Of a stretch of DNA of 63,397 nt, positions 25,695-38,257 are shown one piece after another. The stretch is from Octopus bimaculoides. Taxonomy: Eukaryota. The position numbers were made by a program, and so were the translations under genes. Position 1 is the stretch's first letter; each line of letters opens with the position of its first letter. Below the pieces are notes generated by a model. It saw only the letters and a list, made by a program, of their open reading frames with translations, did no database searches and was not told where the DNA came from. Location: positions 20,988,757-21,052,153 of the forward strand of contig NC_068990.1 of the NCBI RefSeq assembly GCF_001194135.2, written 5' to 3'.

Positions 25695-25945
25695 CCGGGC
25701 AAAATGCTTAGAAGCATTTGGTATGTCTTTAAGTCCTGCCAAGTTTGACTTTGCCTGAACAAAATGCTTAGCCGCTTTTCGTCCGTGTTTACGTTCTGAG
25801 TTCAAATTCAGCTGAGGCCAACTTTGACTTTTGTTATTTCAGGATCGAAAAATTAAGTATCAGTTGGTAATTTGGGTCTGTGTAATTGACTTACCTCCAC
25901 CCGCGAAATTACCGACCTTGTGCTAAAATTTCAAATCAATAATTG
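25695..25945 (+). mobile_element. SINE family A with partially duplicated head
   Basis: caaaatgcttag occurs twice, followed by acgttctgagttcaaattc and the family core. Confidence 0.8.
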
Positions 25946-26421
25946 GTAAAATATCTGCCTCAAACGAAAGACAACGCCGAGACGTAAATGACATTTTAAG
26001 GAGTTGTAAGTAGCGTAGCGTAATGAAGGAGCTTCGTCTTGCATTTGGCAGCAGAAAACGTGGACTAACTAAGATATTGACTTAGAGAGTATTGATACAA
26101 AAAAAAAAAGAAATGATTAATCAGTAAGATAGAAAAAAAAACGGTTAGTTGTGAAGATCCATGTTAGAATACAGTGCTAGTCGTAGATGGGGGAGTGAAG
26201 AAGGAAGTGAAGGTAAACCTTTATGTGGAATTTTAAGAGGGTGTGTCTGGAAGAACATATAGCAGTAGTGCTCTGAGTGTACAGTCTCGTGGTTTTCTTC
26301 TTGTCTCTGCAGACGTGTTCACCTTGGAAAGTATATTATATAAGTCTGTGGAAATTCAAGGTGTTGGTATGTGTATGTATGCGTGTGTAAAGGAAGGGTG
26401 AACGAGAGCAGCAGGCATGTA

Positions 26422-26470
<49 letters not shown>

Positions 26471-26797
26471 NNNNNNNNNNNNNNNNNNNNNNNNNNNNNN
26501 NNNNNNNNNNNNNNNNNNNNNNNNNNNNNNNNNNNNNNNNNNNNNNNNNNNNNNNNNNNNNNNNNNNNNNNNNNNNNNNNNNNNNNNNNNNNNNNNNNNN
26601 NNNNNNNNNNNNNNNNNNNNNNNNNNNNNNNNNNNNNNNNNNNNNNNNNNNNNNNNNNNNNNNNNNNNNNNNNNNNNNNNNNNNNNNNNNNNNNNNNNNN
26701 NNNNNNNNNNNNNNNNNNNNNNNNNNNNNNNNNNNNNNNNNNNNNNNGTATGTGTGTTATATATAATATATCAATCGTACATATCTGGTGTGTGTGG

Positions 26798-26832
<35 letters not shown>

Positions 26833-27679
26833 TTTACATACATAAATGTATGTTTATATGTATATATACACACATTCGTTCATATATATACATACATATA
26901 TATATGTTAGCTATATATATTCTCAAGACGCAAGATAACCTTGTGTAAGCTTGTATCTATAAGTGCATTTGGGTGTTTCTCTATCGATCCGATTCTACAA
27001 GGTTTGTTTTTTCAGATTTTCTACACACGGCAATAATAACCGCGAATTTATTTGTGTATTTAGCGTTACAGTACAATACATAGAAGTCAATAGTTTTTCT
27101 TCTTACTTTATTGTCTCTATTTCCAGCTGTTCAGTTATGTCAGCATTCAATTCTCTAGGCTGATCGATATACAAAATAATACATAATAAAAGTATACAGC
27201 TGTCACTCTTCTTTTGTTCTTAAATGAAACAAAAAGTGAAAACCTAACAAACAATATTATTTTAAATTCAAACTTTATACTGCATTGTTTTTTTATGTGT
27301 TTGCGAATTGACACTGCAGTAAAACGTATAGCCATTACTGATCACATCTGATCATCTCCTACTTCCTTCATGTATTACGTGCAATTTTCACGTTTCTGTA
27401 ATAGACTTTCCGGCATCGAGTTTCTTATTCAATGCGAATGGAGAATAGTGAGTGTGGTTGTAACGCTCTTTAAATATGTTTGTTAATAGTGAATACCTAT
27501 TCTACGTCCAGTATGGTTAATCTATTTGGATAACAAGAAGATTGTTTTTAAGTTTAGTTTTCTTGAGCCCCGGGACGCATAAATACATTTAGCGGATTTC
27601 CATGGTGTAGAAGTGGCTGAGATCATAACATTCCATTGAAAGAGACACCTGTCTACAGCAGGATTCAAGGCTGACGATT

Positions 27680-27870
27680 TTTGAGGGAAAGGGACAACTC
27701 AATTCATCGATCTCAGTACGTGAATGGTGATTTATTTTTTCGACACAAAAGAGATGAAAGGCAAAATTGAACTGGGCGGGTTTTGAACTCAGAACGTAAA
27801 AAAGGGAAATAAATGCCTCTAAGCATTTTTGTCCGATCTCCTAACAATTCTGCCATCTTACCGCCTTCAA
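27680..27870 (-). mobile_element. SINE family A, degenerate
   Basis: gatgaaaggcaaa..tttgaactcagaacgtaaa..taagcatttt..ctaacaattctgcca..ccgcc. Confidence 0.8.
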
Positions 27871-28064
27871 CATAAACAGTCATGCGTAATCTAACTGCGA
27901 TAGTATAAAAGTCATAATTGTGTACCTTTCTTTCAGTCTTTAAAGGGTATTACGTCCTACTTGACTCGGGGCTAAGAATAGACTTTTGTAATTGTGATGA
28001 TACAAACAAAACATGCGTAACTTAATCTCTGTGGATTGATATATGAATATTAATAATGTGTAGT

Positions 28065-28430
28065 GGAGGTGCAATGATCCAGTGGTTAGAGCTCATAGGA
28101 TCGAGGTTTCGATTCCCAGAGCGGGCGTTGTGAGAGTTTATTGAACGAAAAAACCTAAAGCTCCACGAAGCTCCAGCAGAGGGTGGTGGCGAAGCCTGCT
28201 ATATTCTTTCCCCACAACCTTCTTTCACTCTTTCTTCTTGTTTCTGGTGTACCTGTATTTCAATGGGCAAGCCTTGTCCCACTCTGTGTCACGCTGAATC
28301 TCACCGAGAACTACGTTAAGTGTACACGTGTCTGTGGACTGCTCAATCATTTGCACGTTAATTTCACGAGCAGGCTGTTCCGTTGATCGGATCAACTGGA
28401 ACCCTCGTCGTCGTAACCGACGGAGTGCTG
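28065..28430 (+). mobile_element. tRNA-derived SINE family D
   Basis: Head ggaggtgcaatgatccagtggttag..ggtttcgattccc; tail identical in type to family C (gcaggctgttccgttgatcggatcaactggaaccctcgtcgtcgtaaccgacggagtgc). Confidence 0.85.
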
Positions 28431-28600
28431 TGGTAGTATTGTGTACTACAGAGATTAGTCACCATTGTGAATCACCTTGAGACTTGACAGGCATGCGTTG
28501 ACTGGGCCGCTTCCCACTGATTATTTGCAGAACAATGAAATCACGTAGCTGCAATCAATTGATTGAAACTAGCAAAAGATAAGAGATAATATATATATAT

Positions 28601-28780
28601 AGGGAGAATTCACAAAAAAAAAAACAACAACAAATGAAGACAGGTGGTATAGACAACAAATGGATGTATTAGTATAACGCTCGGGAATTGGAGAAGTCTT
28701 TAACGTTTCGAGCCTACGCTCTTCCACGGAAAGGAACACAGAAAGAAACAAGGAGAGAAAAAAATGTGTACAGTGGTTAG

Positions 28781-28782
<2 letters not shown>
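28601..28782. repeat. short interspersed element family G flanked by (TA)n on both sides
   Basis: Homology to 19551-19665. The minus strand carries GAAGAGC-GTAG-GCTC-GAAACGTT. Confidence 0.6.
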
Positions 28783-28826
<44 letters not shown>

Positions 28827-29197
28827 TCACACACTCACACACTCACACACAGACACAAACTCACACACACATACACAAGTAAGCACATAAATACGAATCA
28901 AGGTGGACAAAAGTAGTACTCGAATACCGAGGGTAGAGTAATATGCTTCGTTTCNNNNNNNNNNNNNNNNNNNNNNNNNNNNNNNNNNNNNNNNNNNNNN
29001 NNNNNNNNNNNNNNNNNNNNNNNNNNNNNNNNNNNNNNNNNNNNNNNNNNNNNNNNNNNNNNNNNNNNNNNNNNNNNNNNNNNNNNNNNNNNNNNNNNNN
29101 NNNNNNNNNNNNNNNNNNNNNNNNNNNNNNNNNNNNNNNNNNNNNNNNNNNNNNNNNNNNNNNNNNNNNNNNNNNNNNNNNNNNNNNNNNNNNNNNN

Positions 29198-29533
29198 CGA
29201 GCAAATCGACCCCAGGACTTATTCTTTGTAAGCCTAGTACTTATTCTATCGGCCTCTTTCGCCGAACCGCTAAGTCACGGAGACGTAAACACACCACCAT
29301 CGGTTGTCAAGCGATATTGGGGGGACAAACACAGACACACAAGCATATACGCACACATACATATACATATATATATACATATATACGACAGGCTTCTTTC
29401 AGTTTCCGTCTAACAAATCCACTCACAAGGCTTTGGTCGGCCCGAGGCTATAGTAGAAGACACTTGCCCAAGATGCCACGCAGTGGGAATGAACCCGGAA
29501 CCATGTGGTTTGGAAGAAAGCTACTTACCACAC
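29198..29533 (-). mobile_element. SINE family B
   Basis: Collinear with 14918-15367; its tail runs into the gap. Confidence 0.92.
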
Positions 29534-30028
29534 ATATAAGGTATATCGTTAAAGAGTTATTTGCATTATATGAAAATGAGGCAACAGAATGAAACTGGGA
29601 GTGTTGAATGATATGGATACAGAAAAATGAAGTTTGATACACGATTATCACAATTACAAGACAGAAGATACTTATTAGCCATTCAAAAAGGCATAAAAAA
29701 CTATTACGTTCATTAAGTATTGATTATTTGCTAAAATTAAGAGTTTCTATGCGTTTATTATGTCCATTATGTGTCTTTCATGCTGTAATTATTTTAGTTT
29801 AAACACACGTCCTCAGACCTAATCCTTTCTATCAATTATTATAAAAAGACAAATTCTTGTCTATTTCATCTAATCCATATGTCACACCAGTGAAGGCAAT
29901 CTAGTTTTTGTGCAGTCAAGCTTTGACTATCACTGTTTTTTTTTGTCGACATGACGCTTTCCGTCCATATTCGTCATCGGCGCTATATTACGTTTCTTTC
30001 TGCCACTCTCTGAATCCCTTTTGTTCTG

Positions 30029-30124
30029 TCTGTCTGTCTGCCGGTCTGTCTGTCTGCCGGTCTGTCTGTCTGCCGGTCTGTCTGTCTGCCGGTCTGTCTG
30101 TCTGCCGGTCTGTCTGTCTGCCGG
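30029..30124. repeat. 16-bp minisatellite (TCTGTCTGTCTGCCGG) x6, continuing into a gap
   Basis: Six identical units read directly, followed by Ns from 30125. Confidence 0.95.
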
Positions 30125-30739
30125 NNNNNNNNNNNNNNNNNNNNNNNNNNNNNNNNNNNNNNNNNNNNNNNNNNNNNNNNNNNNNNNNNNNNNNNNNNNN
30201 NNNNNNNNNNNNNNNNNNNNNNNNNNNNNNNNNNNNNNNNNNNNNNNNNNNNNNNNNNNNNNNNNNNNNNNNNNNNNNNNNNNNNNNNNNNNNNNNNNNN
30301 NNNNNNNNNNNNNNNNNNNNNNNNNNNNNNNNNNNNNNNNNNNNNNNNNNNNNNNNNNNNNNNNNNNNNNNNNNNNNNNNNNNNNNNNNNNNNNNNNNNN
30401 NNNNNNNNNNNNNNNNNNNNNNNNNNNNNNNNNNNNNNNNNNNNNNNNNNNNNNNNNNNNNNNNNNNNNNNNNNNNNNNNNNNNNNNNNNNNNNNNNNNN
30501 NNNNNNNNNNNNNNNNNNNNNNNNNNNNNNNNNNNNNNNNNNNNNNNNNNNNNNNNNNNNNNNNNNNNNNNNNNNNNNNNNNNNNNNNNNNNNNNNNNNN
30601 NNNNNNNNNNNNNAAAAATTGTAGTTTATCGTTGAAAAATTTGTATTAGTGTTCATTTGAATACTTTTGTGAACTGTTTATTGCTGCCTTGAAGCAGCAT
30701 GTTGCCAATGAGCTTATACGAGGATTACAGCTCTTCGGG

Positions 30740-32050
30740 GCTGTCTTCTTCGGAAAAGGAACTCGTAAAAGCAATAGAGAAAATTGATTTTAAAAAATAG
30801 CCAAGACGAAAAGTCATTCAAGAGTTACAGAAGTAGAAAACAAGGAGGTAAATTTAACAAAGTTAAAGAAATATGAGAAGATGTTACACAGAGAAGGTGG
30901 CGATGTAAAGTTGTCGATGTAAAGATGTAAAGGTGGCGATGTAAAGATATCATGAAAGAAATGCAGGAGAAAACAATTACTGATAAAGTATATTCAGTTG
31001 AAGAGAGAAAAATTGAAATAATGTCGACAGGGAAAATAGAAAAGGCCCTGAAATAAATCTGGTAAGATATTACATATCTACCCACAGGAAATTGATTCGG
31101 TACAGTAGAGGTTCACCTCAGAGAGGCAGCCGAGGCGAAGCAATACTCAGCAACCCCAAGAACGGATATTGTGGTACTTCTACCCACATAACTCGGAAGG
31201 AGAGCTTCTAGCGTGAGGGTGGAGGAGATTCCACCCGAAATCGACGTGGCCTGGGTGGTGGTTGCTATACCCCTGGCTAACGATGATGAAATAGCAGTCC
31301 TCCAGGCCACTAAGTCAGAAGCATTAAATTGGAAAGGCCAAACTTTGGATTTAATGATACAGGGATCGGTGGAAAGCCTGGAAAATATGGTGGAGACGGT
31401 GACAGTCTGGGACGCAGTGTTGGGAGTCAGGGTGGAGGGCAGAATCCTTTGATGCTTTAAATGTGGCCTCAAAGGACACATCAGAGCGGACTGCCCTTCA
31501 CCAACCGAAAAGAACCAGGAGAAAACCAGCGAAGAACCAGTAAGAACGGAGGACTTACCAACAGAAAAATTGAAGGTGGAAGACTAGTCGTGGAAGACGA
31601 GTCGTGGAAGACGAGTCGTGGAAGACGAGTCGTGGAAGACGAGTCGTGGAAGACGAGTCGTGGAAGACGAGTCGTGGAAGACGAGTCGTGGAAGGTTGTG
31701 GAGAACAAAAAGCGAAGAAAAAGGAAAAAGGCACGTTATACAGATTTGAATCCCCAACCCATATCAACCCCACCCACACCTTCTCAGTCCGATCCGCTTC
31801 CCATAGACATCAAACCTACCCTTTCTCCTCCGACACAAAAACAAAAAAAGGAAACGCTAGCACACAAGAACCCCCAAATTCCCACCTCACAGGAAAAAAA
31901 TGTACAGTCTTAATGTATGACGATGCTAATGAGGATTTGTGCAGTGAGGTAATAATTTGGAAAGATCCTAAAAAGTAGAAACAAGGGGATTCAATATCAT
32001 TAAGGGTTGGAACGGTTGCATGTTGCTTTCAAGGGGACAAGTATTATTTT
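30740..32050 (+). mobile_element. gag-like LINE ORF1 relic (probably L1/Tx1-type) with CCHC zinc knuckle
   Basis: VHLREAAEAKQYS..RVEEIPPEIDVAWVVVAI..VRVEGRIL*CFKCGLKGHIRADC gives CX2CX4HX4C at 31453-31494, followed by a basic KKRRKRKK stretch and a possible start of ORF2 near 31990. The clade assignment is an inference. Confidence 0.7.
31578..31694 (+). repeat. 14-bp minisatellite (GGAAGACGAGTCGT) x8 inside the ORF1 relic
   Basis: Eight units at 31578-31689 plus a partial unit; the first unit has one mismatch. Confidence 0.97.
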
Positions 32051-34659
32051 AGAATGTAACCAATTAACCATTTAGCCATGAATTTACTGCACCTCTGCAT
32101 TTAGATCGACTAGAAATTAAATCCAACACCACTCGAAGAGTAGATCGACTGACAAAACGTATTGCTCTATTTAGCTTTGTCCATTTACCTTCTTTGCTGA
32201 AATCTTGCTAAATTTGTCATAATTATTCATCTTTCAGACATTAATAAGGTAAATCTAGTATTATGGTCAATATAACGGATTCAGTCTTTTCTCGAAAACG
32301 TCAAACCTTGACCAATTTAAACTTGGTGTATCAGAAAAAGGAAGAAGGATTTGGTTAATGTTGTTCTAGATTTGTTATGCCTGAGTAAAAGAAGGGCGTA
32401 CTAAGCTAAAGAAATCTTTTCATCACGGGTCTGCACAATCAGGACTACACAACAATATCCTGAATAGCATTCTGGATTCAGGAACGGAAAGTTTCATTGC
32501 AAATCATAAGATAAAAACAAAAAAAAAAGAGCAAATAAATACAAAAATCCCCATTAATTTATAAAAGGGTTATTATAATATATTGTCATATGAATGTGAT
32601 TATAGAAAATAGAGTTACAGAGGGAAAATAAATGTATTTATAAAAAGAAGAAAGAGGAAACTATGAAGTGTGTGTGAGCAAAACCGGCTGAGACAAACGT
32701 GACACCGTATTGGTTTCAATGAAACATAAAGAAAAGGTCGAGAAGGGAGAAAGATGGAACGAAAATTCTGAACAAAGCCGTAATGGCTTCAGAATATTTT
32801 TGTCAAGCGAATTGCTTTGTTGTTTTGTTAAGACTGACAGCCCGCCCCTCAACACTTTACATTTATTTAGTAGTTATTGTTGTTGTTGTTGTTGTTATCG
32901 TTGCCGTTGCTGTTTAACCCCAGATAAACACCGCCACTTTTTAATGAGGCTTATTATCAAATGCGTTCCAGCCGTGACAGTCTCATCATTTAGTTGTTTT
33001 CGTCCATATGTATTTCAGATAACATTATCTAATACTTCCTTCTTTCATAATCCGTTGCTGCTAACTTTCTCTTTATTCATTTAGTTCTGCATTACACGTT
33101 CCATATATGCCCACCATAACATTTTTTCAGCCACTGTAACTATTCAAACTAAACAAACCAACGATAGCTAGTATTAAGAAACGAGGGAGATTTGCCTGTT
33201 ATATCTGTCAGGTCATTCAAGCACGCAGAGGCTTCCGCATCGCATTGCTTCGATAAATATCATTTACGGCGTTACCAGGGTACTATTGAAAATACGTCTT
33301 TAGATCAAGATTAGCATCGGACGACAACCAATCTCAAATGAATGCAAAGGAGTTTCCTGATCTCCTTTATTTATTCATTTATTTATTTATTTATGTTATG
33401 GCCATTCTTGAGCATTTTAATCCTTTGTTAAGTGTCGAACGATGATTGTCATTTACCATTCATATTGATCTTGTCGCTCTTTCATTCCTTTGTGAAATCT
33501 TTATGTTTATTTATGGTAATTCATTGAGTCATAAAAACGTTGTCGCTGTCTATTTATGCTCGATTGATTTTTTTTTGTCCATGTCATTCGAAGTATTCAC
33601 AATGGTATATGTCTTCAGCTTACTAAATCTTAGATTGAGTGGAACAATCAATTGCTGTTTCGCTTCTTATCTCTTTTGTGCATTTTACATAAATTTTGTT
33701 TCTTTTCTCTTGTTTATTTATCTTCCTTTTTCTTTCCTTGCTATTTATTTGACCCATCTGCTACGTCTGACAAAAAGATTTCAGTCTTTATTTTGCAAGA
33801 GCGAGAGTCGGAGGGTTGGGTTGTGGGAGAAGTAGAAGAGTAAGCAAGGGAGAGAGAGCCACGCAGTTATTATTATAGGACAAACTCACAAGCGTTAACA
33901 AAACGGAACAGCAGCCAACGTAAAATAAAATTAGGGTGAAGAAGGTAGAAAAAAACAGCAGAAGACAGCGAAATATGGTGCATAATGTCATTTAATTAAT
34001 TGTATATTGTCTCACCAATGAAATTACAGATTATGTACGCTGTATAATTGTTAAATTGTTTATCTAAATCCCTATGAGATATATTTAATTTAGGAATGGT
34101 GTTTCGCAATCTGTAATCATAGCTGTCACAACCTTAAGAAATCGTTGTCACTATCGCATAAAATAATTATATCCAGAACAAAAACAATTGCTATTATTAT
34201 GGTTTCCAACAAGCACAATGTTATCATTTTAAGCAGATATTTACGGGATCAATTATTCTGTTGGACACCTTTCACAACACTTCATTATCAGATAACATTC
34301 ACCAAGGTTAGATTTGTAAATACACCAACAGTGAGCTTGTATTATTTAGAACAGGAGATAAGCACCGGAGCGCAGAAACGTATAAAAATAAATTGACAAA
34401 GCAGAAAACAACAAAGAGACAAAAAGAACAGAAACTCTTAAGCCGAATTAGTGATGGAGTTTCGAGTCTCATCTGCTGGAGATTTACTCTGCTTACGGTG
34501 TAAATGTAATCTGAAATTTGCATGTACAAAAAAACCATTTTTTTTGTTGTTGTTTTACAAACCTTTTAAAATTTCAATATCCGTAACTATTCGCGCACTC
34601 AAATTCACAAAGATGCTCATTCACAAAAATGTGTATACAAGTGCGCATAGACATGTGTT

Positions 34660-34727
<68 letters not shown>

Positions 34728-35417
34728 TGCTTAAACTTAATCTCCGAACACCGGCAGAATGTAGGGCAGTGTTTTTGAGAGGCATGTACAAATTCAAGGA
34801 GCCATCTTCATACAAAACTAATGGGTTCTATTCTAAAGGGTTCCATGAAATAGTTCAGGATTTGAAACCTATGACACTGGAAAGGAAATGACATTGGAAA
34901 TATGTCATTCCACACAAACGAATTATGGTAAATAAAATTTTCTTTACGGAACTAAGTGTAATTTCGACAATTTGCTTTTTTGTCTACAAGTGAACCACAA
35001 AGGGAAGAATAGGCCAGCGAGTTGTAGTAAGCCAGTTATTATTCTGCGGCCATCGATTGAACGAGAAGAGAGTATGGATCAGTTGTTAAACTGGATCAAG
35101 TTTGATAAAATCTCAGGGAAACAATTAAACAACTCTAAATTATTCATTCGATGTGGTCATAAGTTAACATATACATCTGCGAATTGGTATCGGTAAATAT
35201 GTATAAATGTGTACGTACAGAAGAAGAGTTTAGATCACTGGTAGCCTAAATTAATAGGTATGTGGTCTGATTGCTCCAATGGATAAGCTACTAGAATCCA
35301 AATTCAGAGCGGGATCTGGGACTGTGGTAGCCACTGTCCAGTATGGAGAGAACCGGTGTATTTGTACGTATGTATGAATTTGTGTACAGGTGAGATGAGT
35401 TAGAAGCAGGTATAAGT

Positions 35418-35547
35418 ATTCTTCTTCTTCTTCTTCTTCTTCTTCTTCTTCTTCTTCTTCTTCTTCTTCTTCTCCTCCTCCTCCTCCCCCTCCTCCTCCT
35501 CCTCCTTCTTCTTCTTCTTCTTCTTCTTCTTCTTCACATTATTATTA

Positions 35548-35638
<91 letters not shown>
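35418..35638 (-). repeat. (TAA)n then (GAA/GGA)n tail of R4 copy 2 (read on the minus strand)
   Basis: Read directly: (TTC/TCC)n ~35418-35536 and (TTA)n ~35540-35638. Confidence 0.95.
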
Positions 35639-37206
35639 GCCTTTGCACAGCTTCTAACGCTGGCGAGGTACTAAAGTCTCAGATGTTCACTACCAGCAGT
35701 GAACTAAGGTAACACCTTCCAGAGTATTCGAACGGTTCCAAGCAATGCTGTTTTCTTGCAAATGCTTCACCCTTATTTCAGCCCCTATTTGTTCCACGTA
35801 CTTATCGAGATTTTTACTTACTATTCCCAGGACTCCGACAATTGTTGGTACTACTGCTACCTTTTTCATCGACCACAACTGCTTAACTTCCCAAACTAAC
35901 CTGTCATATCTCTCAACCTTTCTTTCTTCCTTATCGCAAACTTTGTTGTCAGCTGGGCATGCTATATCTAAGATCCAGCATAGTTTATTTTCTTTCTCAA
36001 TTAAGACTTATGTCTGTTTTCCAATTCTCTGTCTCTTGGTCACACTGAATCATAAAATCCAATAGGATCTTTGCATTTCTATTTTCAATGATGCCTTCAG
36101 GAGTGTGGTCGTACCAATTGTTTGCTCTGTCAAGTCCATACTTGTTGCAAAGTGTCCAATGGACAAGCCTGGCTATATTGTCGTGGCGTCTCTTATATTC
36201 CTTTTGGGGTAGTGGCGTACATCGGCTGATAATATGCCATACGGTTTCACCGTTTTGTCCACAGATTTTGCACTTATCACTTTCTCCTGTGTTGTCTATT
36301 CTGTATTTTATGTAATTTGTTCTTAGTGCTTGCTCTTGAGCAGTACAGATTAAAGCCTCCGTTTCCGGTTTTAAATCACTTTTAGTCATCCACAGCCATC
36401 TTTTTACTCTGCCTGTCTTATCTTCAACATCCCTATGAAATTGACCATGCATTCTTATCTTTACCCACCTATTTTCAGTTTCATTCGTTTTCAATTTCTT
36501 GTACAGTGCTTTATCTTTGCAATCTTTCATCCTATACAAGCCTGACCTTCTTACTTCTAATAATAGCGGCTCTGTGAAATTGTTTTACATACCATGCTAT
36601 GTTGTTTTATTCTGCTCTAATACTGTGTTCGCATCCAATAAGTCATCTTTCCTCTCTTTTTCATGGTACATACAGTCTGTGTCACTTTTTGGGTGGAGTG
36701 ACCCATATCTAGTTAGCAACTTCCTTGTCTTTCTGTCTAAGCTGTGTAGTTCGTCTACTGTCCATGCGAGTACCCTTGCTCCATATCTAAGGAGTAAAAC
36801 CGCCCAGGCGTTGATAGCTTCGATCTTATTCTGTCCATTTAATTTCGACTTTGGGATCAGTCTCAGTCTGCGCAAGTACTCCACCTTAACTTTTATCCAT
36901 TTCCAAAATCCCCAAGTACTTATAACCCGTCTCTACTATCTGCTTCATAACCTCCAACGACAGTATAGTTAGCCCGTCCATACATTTGATTTTGCCTCTC
37001 TTCAAGACTAGCACACCACGCTTTCTCATTTCGAACTCCATTCTGATATCAACGAGGGTACTGACCTGGGCTTCATCTTTACCATAAAGTTTGAGGTCAT
37101 CCATGAACACATACGGCTTTTGAATACATACCCAGCTTTTGCTTTCCACAGAATCAGTGTTAGTGGTATCAAGCACAGTACAAAGATCAGTGGGGACAGG
37201 CAGTCC
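35639..37206 (-). mobile_element. R4/Dong-clade non-LTR retrotransposon, 5'-truncated, copy 2
   Basis: GDCLSPLIFVLCLIPL, FMDDLKLYGK (37096-37107), LKPETEALICTAQEQALRTN, CKICGQNGETVWHIISRC (CCHC), RHD, then the REL domain ending VVPTIVGVLG. Confidence 0.95.
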
Positions 37207-37350
37207 CGGGGCGAAATGCTTAGCATTATTTCGTGTCTTAACGTTCTGAGTTCAAATTCCACTGAGGTAGACTTTGCCTGTCATCCTTTCGTGGTCGAGA
37301 AATTAAGTACCGGTTACGCACTCGGGTCGATGTAATCGACTTAATCCCTT
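37207..37350 (+). mobile_element. SINE family A lacking its 5' head, fused to the 5' end of R4 copy 2
   Basis: gggcgaaatgcttagc..acgttctgagttcaaattcc..gtcgatgtaatcgacttaatccc. Confidence 0.88.
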
Positions 37351-37454
37351 AAAACTTACAGTATGATTGTGCAAGAAATCGTCATAATTATTTAAGAATG
37401 TCAGTTTCAAATTTCGGCTCAAGTCTAATTATTGAAGAATTATTTATGAATATA

Positions 37455-37890
37455 GGCCCAGGTGTGGCTGTATGTTAAGAAGCTTGCTTCTCAACCACAT
37501 GGTTCTGGGTTCAGTCCCACTGCGTAGCACCTTGGGCAAATGCTTCTTCTGCTATATANNNNNNNNNNNNNNNNNNNNNNNNNNNNNNNNNNNNNNNNNN
37601 NNNNNNNNNNNNNNNNNNNNNNNNNNNNNNNNNNNNNNNNNNNNNNNNNNNNNNNNNNNNNNNNNNNNNNNNNNNNNNNNNNNNNNNNNNNNNNNNNNNN
37701 NNNNNNNNNNNNNNNNNNNNNNNNNNNNNATATATATATATATATATATACGACAGGCTTACACATAGTTTCCGTTTACGCAATTCACATAGAAGGCATT
37801 GCTCTGCCCGGGACTGTAGTAGAAGACACTTTACCAACGTGCAGTGATGTGGGATTGAACCTGAAGACAGGTGGTTTGAAAGCGAGCTTC
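37455..37890. mobile_element. two SINE B heads in opposite orientation across a gap
   Basis: Plus-strand head at 37455-37557 and minus-strand head at 37750-37890. Confidence 0.75.
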
Positions 37891-38257
37891 TTTATTTATA
37901 CATTCTTTGCGTTTAGATTTAAATCGCTCCGAAGTCGAGTTTTCTTCTCATACGTTAGAGATCCTTAAAATGAAATAGCGACCATCCGCTGGCTCAGTAT
38001 AAGCAACTGTATTGGAATTTTTGTTATAAAATTTCTGGAAGTGTAGATTGGGCAAAGGACTAATCAAGGTGACTTGCAAGGTTCTCTTGTGATTCTACTT
38101 TCTGAGAACTAATTTCGCTGAAGAGAGCTTTGTATTTCGTCCTTTACAGATAGATGAAAATAAAATATTAGGTCAATATTAGTCAATTATTTATGTCAAT
38201 ATAATCGTTTAAAAGCTGTCACCTTTCCTTTTTACTTCAATATCAAAGAGTATTAAA

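Noticed and set aside
31578-31694. CRISPR-like array (also considered for 30029-30124 and 50375-50735)
   Set aside because: There are no unique spacers or cas genes, and the context is eukaryotic; these are minisatellites.
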